From: an uncultured Pelagibacteraceae bacterium
GTDB lineage: Bacteria; Pseudomonadota; Alphaproteobacteria; Pelagibacterales; Pelagibacteraceae
Assembly (NCBI GenBank): GCA_902609645.1
Contig: CACLSS010000002.1
Span: forward strand, 10,680-74,679
DNA length: 64,000 nucleotides
Reading direction: 5' to 3'
A program made the position numbers and the translations under genes. Below the pieces are notes generated by a model. That model was not told where the DNA came from and searched no databases. It saw only the letters and a program-made list of their open reading frames with translations. Below, piece by piece: positions 10,942 to 17,940 of this stretch (position 1 is its first letter; every line of letters begins with the position of its first letter).

Positions 10942-10969
10942 TTGACACCAATATAAACGTTAATATACT
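10942..10969 (+). promoter_or_regulatory. Candidate sigma70-type promoter for dksA
   Basis: TTGACA (10942-10947), a 16-nt spacer, then TATACT (10964-10969). This would leave a very short leader before the ATG at 10985. Prediction by eye only. Confidence 0.3.
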
Positions 10970-10984
10970 CCCCAGGTTTAAAAT

Positions 10985-11407
10985 ATGGTCAAAAAGGCTA
11001 TCAAAAAAAAATATACTCCTAACAGCAAAGAGAAATACATGTGTGCCAAGCACAAAAAATTTTTTACTGAAAAGTTGCTTGAGTGGAGAAAAGAGATTAT
11101 CAAATCAAACAACGAAAGTGCTGCTTTGAGTAATCTTGATGATAATAGTGCGTCAGCAGACATTGTTGATCAAGCATCTTCTTACACAGAAAAAACTGTA
11201 GAGATGAGAGCATCTAATAGAAGAAGAAAATTAGTAAACAAAATCGACTCTGCCTTGAGAAGGTTAAAAGATGATACTTACGGCTATTGTATAGAAACTG
11301 GTGAGCCGATAGGTTTAAAAAGGTTGATTGCAAGACCAATTGCTACTTTAAGTATTCAGGCTCAGGAAAAACATGAGCAAGAAGAAAAAATATACGTAGA
11401 TAATTAA
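10985..11407 (+). CDS. dksA: RNA polymerase-binding transcription factor DksA (single-Cys, probably zinc-independent variant)
   Basis: The 140-aa ORF has the coiled-coil tip motif DIVDQAS. The C-terminal region, GYCIETGEPIGLKRLIARPIATLSIQAQE, aligns to the DksA C4 zinc finger but retains only 1 Cys. Confidence 0.8.
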   Translation: MVKKAIKKKYTPNSKEKYMCAKHKKFFTEKLLEWRKEIIKSNNESAALSNLDDNSASADIVDQASSYTEKTVEMRASNRRRKLVNKIDSALRRLKDDTYGYCIETGEPIGLKRLIARPIATLSIQAQEKHEQEEKIYVDN

Positions 11408-12027
11408 ATTGTAGGAATTTTTTCATCTCTTTTCAAAAGATCAAATCCTTTAATCACAGCCTCTCTTTTTGAGATATTTTCATACCATCTGCATAGGTTT
11501 TTAAAACTTTTAAGACCTATATCGTGCCACTCATGACGAGCAATCCATGGGAAAGTTGCTATGTCAGCGATGGAGTAATCTCCTGCCAAAAATTCACTTT
11601 TTCCTAATCTTTCATCAAGATCTTTATAAATAGTTTTTGCTATTTTAAAGTATCTTTCCTCACCCCAATTACTTTTTCCAGAATTATAATGATGAAATTG
11701 ATGGTGCTGACCTAACATTGGTCCAACATATGCCATTTGTCCCATCAACCATTGATTAATTAAATTTTTGTTTTTTTCTGGATAAAGTTTACCACTTTTT
11801 TCACCCAGATAAATTAGTATTGCTCCAGACTCAAATAATGATGTTTTATTATCATGGTCAATAATAACTGGAATTTTACTAAAAGGACTAATAGCTCTAA
11901 ATTTAGGATCAAATTGTTCATCTTTTTGAATATTTACTTTTGTAACTTTATATTCAAATCTTATTTCTTCTAACATTATTGAGATTTTTTTTCCGTTAGG
12001 TGTGTTTGCTGTAAGTAATTCTATCAC
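11404..12027 (-). CDS. Glutathione S-transferase family protein
   Basis: The 207-aa ORF has a thioredoxin-like N-domain (SPFSKIPVIIDHD...LFESGAILIYL) and a helical C-domain. Confidence 0.7.
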   Translation of the reverse strand: MIELLTANTPNGKKISIMLEEIRFEYKVTKVNIQKDEQFDPKFRAISPFSKIPVIIDHDNKTSLFESGAILIYLGEKSGKLYPEKNKNLINQWLMGQMAYVGPMLGQHHQFHHYNSGKSNWGEERYFKIAKTIYKDLDERLGKSEFLAGDYSIADIATFPWIARHEWHDIGLKSFKNLCRWYENISKREAVIKGFDLLKRDEKIPTI

Positions 12028-13034
12028 TTATTTTTTACACCAAGCCGTGCTTGAATCTCTTTTGAAGAAGTGGTGAATTCAAACCGATATTTTTCATTAG
12101 GTCTTGCCCTTTTAAAACATTCCACAGATGCTAGGGCACCCTCATGAAAGCCAGATAATATGAGTTTAAGTTTGCCTGGGTATGTACAAATATCACCTAT
12201 AGCAAAGATTCCTTTTTTATTTGTCTCAAAATTTTCAGTATTAACTTTAATTGTCTTTTTATCCATATTTAGACCCCATTCAGTGATAGGGCCAAGCTTC
12301 ATAATTAATCCAAAAAAACTTAAAATATAATCTGTTTTAACTTCTGTCTCTTTTCCGTCATCATTTTTAATATTAATCGACTCGATTTTATTTTGGCCAC
12401 TAATTGAAGATATTTGAAATTTAGTTTTTATGTCAACTTTACCTTCTTTTTTTATTTGATTTAATGTGTGAGGAGCTCCTCTAAATTCTTCTCGTCTATG
12501 AATCAGAGTAACTTTGGCTATTTTTGATAGTTCTAGAGCCCAATCCAAAGCTGAATCTCCACCACCAAAAATTGAAATTTTTTTATTTTTAAATATATTT
12601 TTGTCAGAAATGGAATAAAAAATATTTTTTCCCTCATATTTTTCTGCATCTTTAACAGGCAATTTTCTTGGTTCAAAAGATCCTACTCCACCAGCAATTA
12701 TAATATTAGGTGAACTAAAAACTTTATTTTGACTTGTTTTTATTATCCAATTATCACCCTCGCTATTAATTTCCTGAACCCTTTCATTAAAATGGAAATT
12801 TGTTTTAAATGGTTTGATTTGATTGAGTAAATTCTTTGTTAATTCTTCACCAGTACATTCTGGAATTCCTGCAATATCATAAATAGGCTTATCTGGATAA
12901 AGCTCGATACATTGGCCTCCTGCTTTATCTAAATTATCAATAACTTCTGATTTTAATCCTTTTATTCCAAGTTGATGAACTGCAAAAAGTCCTACGGGAC
13001 CAGCTCCAACAATTATTACATCTGTTTCAATCAT
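12024..13034 (-). CDS. Ferredoxin--NADP+ reductase, thioredoxin-reductase-like type
   Basis: The 336-aa ORF has an FAD motif (VIIVGAGPVGLFA), GGQCIELYPDKPIYDIAGIP and a second dinucleotide motif (ISIFGGGDSALDWA). It follows the 2Fe-2S ferredoxin gene directly. Confidence 0.75.
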   Translation of the reverse strand: MIETDVIIVGAGPVGLFAVHQLGIKGLKSEVIDNLDKAGGQCIELYPDKPIYDIAGIPECTGEELTKNLLNQIKPFKTNFHFNERVQEINSEGDNWIIKTSQNKVFSSPNIIIAGGVGSFEPRKLPVKDAEKYEGKNIFYSISDKNIFKNKKISIFGGGDSALDWALELSKIAKVTLIHRREEFRGAPHTLNQIKKEGKVDIKTKFQISSISGQNKIESINIKNDDGKETEVKTDYILSFFGLIMKLGPITEWGLNMDKKTIKVNTENFETNKKGIFAIGDICTYPGKLKLILSGFHEGALASVECFKRARPNEKYRFEFTTSSKEIQARLGVKNK

Positions 13035-13036
13035 AT

Positions 13037-13357
13037 TTAAGTTTGTTTTGACGGTGTTGTAACTACCATTCCATCTAGTTCGTCAGAAACAATTAATTGA
13101 CAACTTAGTCTACTATTTTTTTTGGGTTCAAATGCCATGTCAATCATGTCTTGCTCACCATCTTGTGTTTTAGGTAATTTATTAAACCACTCTTCTTTGA
13201 CATAAACATGGCAAGTAGCACAGGCCATCCCCCCGCCACAATCAGCATCTATGCCAGGGATTTTATTTTGAATAGCGCCCTCCATTACGGATAATCCTTT
13301 TTGAACATCAATTGTTCTTTGTTCTCCGGATGAATCTATATAAGTGATTTTCGGCAT
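13037..13357 (-). CDS. 2Fe-2S ferredoxin (adrenodoxin/putidaredoxin type)
   Basis: The 106-aa ORF has the ligand pattern C-x5-C-x2-C (CGGGMACATC) plus a distal Cys (SRLSCQ). Confidence 0.85.
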   Translation of the reverse strand: MPKITYIDSSGEQRTIDVQKGLSVMEGAIQNKIPGIDADCGGGMACATCHVYVKEEWFNKLPKTQDGEQDMIDMAFEPKKNSRLSCQLIVSDELDGMVVTTPSKQT

Positions 13358-13374
13358 TAGCTTAATATAAGTAC

Positions 13375-13413
13375 AAAAAAAAATAGGGCAAGTGGTTAAA
13401 CTCGCCCTATTTT
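13375..13413 (-). terminator. Rho-independent terminator downstream of proteorhodopsin
   Basis: A stem pairs 13380-13389 (aaaatagggc) with 13404-13413 (gccctatttt), extendable with one mismatch. On the minus strand it runs into a T-tract, seen as a 9-A run on the plus strand at 13375-13383. Confidence 0.75.
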
Positions 13414-13434
13414 ATAATAATTAACTATCTATTA

Positions 13435-14205
13435 CTATCTTTTAGCTAAAGATGTATTCTGCATAGCAGCAGCCCAGATTACTAGACCAAATGCTAATTT
13501 GTTTACGAAGTCAGCTAAGTTATAAATGATGTTCAACGTGTTAGAGTCAATTCCACCAGCTAGGTAACCAAATACGTAACCTAGTGGGTAAATAGCCCAA
13601 CCAATTGTTACTATCATTCTCATAGCGCCGAAACACGTAGCAACAGCTTTGTTACCACCCTTCGCAGCAGCTCTTCCAGCTTCACCTGAAAAGATTTCAA
13701 ATAGAATGTATATCCAACCTGCCATTCCGATTATGAAACCGACAAATTCTTGGATATAACCGGCTTCACCTAAGTATCCACCGATTAACATTACTAATGA
13801 AGCTATTAATAGTCTCCAGAACATTGAGCTCGGAACTTTTCTAATAGCAGCTAAGATTAAATAGAATTCAACAATCTGCATTGGAACAGTGATTAACCAA
13901 TCAATATATCTGTATACTGTTGGAGTTTCTCCTGTCGTAACCCAGATGTCTCTCATGTAAACATAGTGAACAAATGCTACGAACTGAATTAATCCAGCTA
14001 CAGTTACAGATGTTCTCCACGATGCAGCAACTGTATTTCTTTCTAAGAAGAAGAATACAGCACCTGCTAACATACCCATAGATACCAACCAAAACGTAAT
14101 TCCTACGAAGTCGTTAGTAGCTAAGATGGCAGTTGCAGCATTAGCAGAGCTAGTGATTCCGAAGAATGCAAGAGCAGCTAGTGCAATCATGCTTAGTTTT
14201 TTCAT
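13435..14205 (-). CDS. Proteorhodopsin (light-driven proton pump), with Gln at the spectral tuning position
   Basis: The 256-aa ORF has a signal peptide and 7 TM segments. RYIDWLITVPMQIVEF supplies the D/T/E proton acceptor-donor motif (local D102, T106, E113). The Schiff-base Lys is in DFVNK (K236). A strong SD (AGGGAGG) lies upstream. Confidence 0.95.
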   Translation of the reverse strand: MKKLSMIALAALAFFGITSSANAATAILATNDFVGITFWLVSMGMLAGAVFFFLERNTVAASWRTSVTVAGLIQFVAFVHYVYMRDIWVTTGETPTVYRYIDWLITVPMQIVEFYLILAAIRKVPSSMFWRLLIASLVMLIGGYLGEAGYIQEFVGFIIGMAGWIYILFEIFSGEAGRAAAKGGNKAVATCFGAMRMIVTIGWAIYPLGYVFGYLAGGIDSNTLNIIYNLADFVNKLAFGLVIWAAAMQNTSLAKR

Positions 14206-14412
14206 GAAAACCTCCCTTTCGTTTAGTTTTCTTTAGTTTAAATTTAAACATTCAAAGTAAGTTATCTCCCTCACCTTGAATAACCGGAACGGTATCCAAA
14301 AAAAAAGTTAATTTGAAGCTTTTTCTTAAATAAAAAGTGTTGATTTTACTGACTTTTTAGTTTTTTTTTGGGGATAATAGTGGTTAAATCGGGTTAAAAG
14401 GGAGTATCTAAA

Positions 14413-16311
14413 TTGTCTGGAAAATACCGTAAAATCTATGATTCGTCTATAAAGAGTAAAGAGGACTTTTGGAAAGAAGTTTCGGAAAATATTTTTTGGT
14501 ATAAAAAACCATCAAAAATACTAAATTCCTCCAACCCACCATTTTATAAATGGTATGAGGACGGGGTAACTAACACTTGTTACAACGCACTAGATTTTCA
14601 TATTGATAAAGGTAGAGGGGACAAGACTGCAATTATTTATGATAGCCCAATTACAGGTACGAAATACAAATTAACCTACAAGGAATTAAGAGAAAAAGTT
14701 TCTACATTTGCAGGCGCTTTAAAAAATCAAGGAATTTCAAAAGGAGATAGAGTTATAATATATATGCCAATGATTCCTCAGGCAGTTGTTGCTATGCTTG
14801 CTTGTGGAAGAATAGGAGCCATTCATTCTGTGGTATTTGGGGGTTTTGCTGCAAATGAATTAGCAAGCAGAATAGACGACTCAAAAGCAAAAATAATTAT
14901 TTCTGCATCTTGCGGTTATGAACCGGGGCGAACTGTTCACTATAAACCACTTTTAAATAAAGCGATTGAGATTGCAAACCATAAACCTGAAAAATGTATT
15001 ATTTGGCAAAGAGAAAAAGATAAAGCGGACCTTGATCCAGAAAAAGATATTGATTGGATGGAGGCTTTAAAAGGAGCAAAACCAACCGAATGTGAAAAAA
15101 TGAATTCAAATGACTATGCTTATATACTTTATACATCTGGAACCACAGGAACTCCTAAAGGAATTGTAAGAGATATTGGCGGTCATATTGTTGCTTTAAA
15201 ATGGACAATGAAAAACATCTACAACATTAATCAAGACGATGTTTGGTGGTCTGCTAGTGATATTGGTTGGATAGTTGGGCACTCTTATATTGTTTATGGG
15301 CCTTTATTTTACGGTTGTACTACAGTTTTATTCGAAGGAAAGCCTGTAGGAACGCCTGATGCTGGAGTATTTTGGAGAATAATTTCTGATTATAAAGTTA
15401 AATCATTATTTACTGCTCCAACAGCTATTAGAGCAATTAAAAAAGAGGATCCTGATGGTAAATTTTTTAAAAAATATGACCTTTCAAATTTTGATACTCT
15501 GTTCCTTGCAGGTGAAAGAGCAGATCCAGATACAATTAAATGGTTTGAAAAACTTTCAAACGCTCCTGTTATAGATCACTGGTGGCAAACAGAAACAAGT
15601 TGGGCAATAAGTTCAAATTGTGCTGGAATTGAAAAGTTTCCAATCAAATATGGTTCTGCATTCAAGCCAGTACCAGGTTATGATTTAAAAGTTCTTAACA
15701 GTGAAGGAAAAGAAAATAAGCCAGGTCAAATGGGAGATATAGTTGTAAAATTACCTTTGCCACCTGGAACCTTCCCTACATTATGGAATGCAGATGAAAG
15801 ATACAAAAAAGTTTATATGTCAACTTATAAGGGTTATTACCAAACATATGATGCGGGCCACATTGATGAAGACGGTTACGTTTGGATTATGTCTAGAACG
15901 GATGATATCATAAATGTAGCGGGTCACAGATTATCTACTGGAGCAATTGAAGAAGTTTTAGCAGAACATAAAAATGTTGCTGAGTGTGCAGTAATTGGAA
16001 TTGCAGACAAATTAAAAGGACAGCTTCCAATCGGGTTAATTGCTTTAAAAGCAGGTGTTGATAGAGACAACAAAGAAATTACAAAAGAATGTGTAGCTTT
16101 AGTAAGAGAAAAAGTTGGGCCTGTTGCTGCTTTTAAATTAGCTATAGTTGTAAAAAGACTACCTAAAACTAGATCGGGAAAAGTTTTGAGAGGAACAGTA
16201 AGGAAAATTGCTGATGGTGAAACATATAAAGTGCCTCCCACTATTGATGATCCAGCAATTTTAGATGAAATTAAAAAAGACCTTAAAGATAATAATATTT
16301 TAAAAGGTTAA
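14413..16311 (+). CDS. prpE: Propionate--CoA ligase / acyl-CoA synthetase of the acetyl-CoA synthetase family
   Basis: The 632-aa ORF has the AMP-binding motif YTSGTTGTPKG and an ACS-like N-terminus. It uses a TTG start at 14413, preceded by GGGAG. Confidence 0.65.
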   Translation: MSGKYRKIYDSSIKSKEDFWKEVSENIFWYKKPSKILNSSNPPFYKWYEDGVTNTCYNALDFHIDKGRGDKTAIIYDSPITGTKYKLTYKELREKVSTFAGALKNQGISKGDRVIIYMPMIPQAVVAMLACGRIGAIHSVVFGGFAANELASRIDDSKAKIIISASCGYEPGRTVHYKPLLNKAIEIANHKPEKCIIWQREKDKADLDPEKDIDWMEALKGAKPTECEKMNSNDYAYILYTSGTTGTPKGIVRDIGGHIVALKWTMKNIYNINQDDVWWSASDIGWIVGHSYIVYGPLFYGCTTVLFEGKPVGTPDAGVFWRIISDYKVKSLFTAPTAIRAIKKEDPDGKFFKKYDLSNFDTLFLAGERADPDTIKWFEKLSNAPVIDHWWQTETSWAISSNCAGIEKFPIKYGSAFKPVPGYDLKVLNSEGKENKPGQMGDIVVKLPLPPGTFPTLWNADERYKKVYMSTYKGYYQTYDAGHIDEDGYVWIMSRTDDIINVAGHRLSTGAIEEVLAEHKNVAECAVIGIADKLKGQLPIGLIALKAGVDRDNKEITKECVALVREKVGPVAAFKLAIVVKRLPKTRSGKVLRGTVRKIADGETYKVPPTIDDPAILDEIKKDLKDNNILKG

Positions 16312-16490
16312 GAAGCAATAAACTTAATAAGATAATAAAGAACTCCTGTAACTACTGTTGCGTTAATAAAGCCTAAAACAAATAATTTTAATCTAATTTT
16401 GTCGTTTTTGAATTGTGACTTTAGATATACGTAGATCATTGTGTATATACCTACTATAGCTATACTTAATAAAATATCTGTTGGGTTCAT
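16308..16490 (-). CDS. Small two-TM membrane protein of unknown function
   Basis: The ORF track gives 71 aa from 16523. The internal Met (MNPTDILL..., ATG ending at 16490) avoids the 23-nt overlap with the cupredoxin gene and yields a 60-aa, two-helix protein. I recognise no homology. Confidence 0.4.
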   Translation of the reverse strand: MNPTDILLSIAIVGIYTMIYVYLKSQFKNDKIRLKLFVLGFINATVVTGVLYYLIKFIAS

Positions 16491-16500
16491 TAATAAAAAC

Positions 16501-16998
16501 CTAAATCTCGCTGATTTTTGCAATCATACCCACCTCATAATGTCCTGGTACATTACAGGCTGCTTCTATTTTAGCTTTATTACTAAATTTCCAAACTAAT
16601 TCTCCTTTTTCACCTGGTGAAAGCAAAACGCTATTTGAATGAGAGTGTCCCATTGCAGGATTTTTTTTAGCCAACTGTTTCATTTTTTCTTTATCAACTT
16701 TATCGGATAATAATATTTCATTTTCTACCATCATCATCATTTCTGGTTGATGCTTTATATGCATTTCTTTTGTTGCAATATTAAATTCATGAACGAGTTC
16801 TCCAACATTTAAAACAATGAATTTAATTGTTTCATTTTTATTAATATTAATTTCAGAAGGTTCGAAATAATTATCATGCATCTTGATAGTGATAGTTCTT
16901 TTTACTTCGGTAGGATTACCTTTTTCACCGATCATCTTCATTGGTCCAGCAAAGACAAGGTTTGGTATTAAAAACAGTATTAGTATCAATAGTCTCAT
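16501..16998 (-). CDS. Periplasmic cupredoxin with Met/His-rich tracts (CopI-like copper-binding protein)
   Basis: The signal peptide is MRLLILILFLIPNLVFA. Type-1 Cu ligands are His in VHEFN and C-x4-H-x4-M in CNVPGHYEVGM. The ORF also has HIKHQPEMMMM and PAMGHSHSNS tracts. Confidence 0.65.
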   Translation of the reverse strand: MRLLILILFLIPNLVFAGPMKMIGEKGNPTEVKRTITIKMHDNYFEPSEININKNETIKFIVLNVGELVHEFNIATKEMHIKHQPEMMMMVENEILLSDKVDKEKMKQLAKKNPAMGHSHSNSVLLSPGEKGELVWKFSNKAKIEAACNVPGHYEVGMIAKISEI

Positions 16999-17040
16999 AC
17001 ATCAAGAAAATATCAAATTTTTGAAATTTAGATAAATATC

Positions 17041-17076
17041 AACTTGTCGCACTGCTCTAATCATTAACTTGTCGCA
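17041..17076. repeat. Two exact copies of the 11-mer AACTTGTCGCA spaced 25 bp start to start; candidate operator in a divergent control region
   Basis: Copies lie at 17041-17051 and 17066-17076. They sit between the cupredoxin gene (start 16998, minus) and the small ORFs and pseudoazurin (plus). Confidence 0.5.
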
Positions 17077-17110
17077 GAGATTAATAAAATTTTTTAATTT
17101 ATAAGCAATC

Positions 17111-17233
17111 ATGGAAATAACCTTGGTTTTACTTATTGTTTTTTATTTTGTGTTTTACCTCTTACGTCCTACATCTAAGGAAGAACTAAAGAGATTTAAC
17201 AAAAAAGATAATTGGTCAAATATGGGTTTTTGA
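17111..17233 (+). CDS. Candidate 40-aa single-TM micro-protein (below the ORF-track length cut-off)
   Basis: My own translation gives MEITLVLLIVFYFVFYLLRPTSKEELKRFNKKDNWSNMGF*. It has a hydrophobic N-terminal helix and a charged tail. The stop lies 9 nt before the next ATG, which has an AAGGA SD. Confidence 0.35.
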   Translation: MEITLVLLIVFYFVFYLLRPTSKEELKRFNKKDNWSNMGF

Positions 17234-17242
17234 AAGGAAAAT

Positions 17243-17449
17243 ATGAATAAAATTATTTTAATTATTGCGCTCTTAAGTTTTTCAACTAGCGTATTTGCTG
17301 GATCATGTCCAATGATGGCAAATAAAGTTGAAAAGAAAATTGAAGAAGCAAAAAAATTTCATACTGATGGCTTAAAGGCGCATCAAGATGGAGACCATAA
17401 AAAATCTGAGGAATTATTAAATAAAGCTTTAGATCTTTTTAAAAGTTAA
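17243..17449 (+). CDS. Small secreted or lipid-anchored protein with CPMM and His cluster (possible metal-binding helical hairpin)
   Basis: The 68-aa ORF has the signal peptide MNKIILIIALLSFSTSVFA. The mature part begins GSCPMM and contains FHTDGLKAHQDGDH. It lies between two cupredoxin genes. Confidence 0.5.
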   Translation: MNKIILIIALLSFSTSVFAGSCPMMANKVEKKIEEAKKFHTDGLKAHQDGDHKKSEELLNKALDLFKS

Positions 17450-17457
17450 ATTTAAGT

Positions 17458-17485
17458 TTGAGGCGTGTTTGATAACGCGCCTTAA
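17458..17485 (+). other. Stem-loop between the small ORF and the pseudoazurin gene
   Basis: 17461-17467 (aggcgtg) pairs with 17476-17482 (cgcgcct) with one G-U, and the stem extends by flanking A/U pairs. There is no clear U-tract, so it may be an attenuator or stability element rather than a full terminator. Confidence 0.3.
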
Positions 17486-17507
17486 CAAAATATAAAATTA
17501 AAAATTT

Positions 17508-17936
17508 ATGAAAAATATAGTTTTAAAATTTACGTTTATTCTAATGACTTGCAGTCCAGCTTTTAGTGCGGATGAAAACATTGATATGCTAAATAGATTA
17601 GGCAAAGAGATTAATGTTTATTCAAAAAAAATTGTTAATGTAGACGTGGGTGATACTGTAAATTGGAAATCTGTAAATCCTGGCCACAATGTGGAATTTA
17701 TAAAAGGTGGAATTCCTGAGGGAGTAGAAAAATTTAAATCAAAGTATAATAAAGATACTAGTTATACTTTTAAAACTCCTGGAATATACGCTTATTGGTG
17801 TACACCACACAAAAGTATGGGAATGATAGGTTTTGTAGTTGTGGGAAATGATAAATCTAACTTAGATGCTATAAAAAAACTTAAGTTCTACGGTAAATCT
17901 ACTAAAATAGCTAAAGAGTTAATTAGCTCTTTATAA
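17508..17936 (+). CDS. Pseudoazurin (blue copper electron carrier)
   Basis: The 142-aa ORF has a signal peptide. Ligands are His in GHNVEF and C-x2-H-x4-M in YWCTPHKSMGMIGFVVV, which is the pseudoazurin signature. Confidence 0.8.
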   Translation: MKNIVLKFTFILMTCSPAFSADENIDMLNRLGKEINVYSKKIVNVDVGDTVNWKSVNPGHNVEFIKGGIPEGVEKFKSKYNKDTSYTFKTPGIYAYWCTPHKSMGMIGFVVVGNDKSNLDAIKKLKFYGKSTKIAKELISSL

Positions 17937-17940
17937 ATTT

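Noticed and set aside
10978-11163. A 61-aa minus-strand ORF overlapping the 5' half of dksA.
   Set aside because: DksA on the plus strand is motif-supported. The antisense product is hydrophobic and low-complexity, and it has no start context.
13901-14092. A 63-aa same-strand, alternative-frame ORF inside proteorhodopsin.
   Set aside because: It is nested in a confidently identified CDS, its Cys/Arg-rich translation is implausible, and it has no SD.
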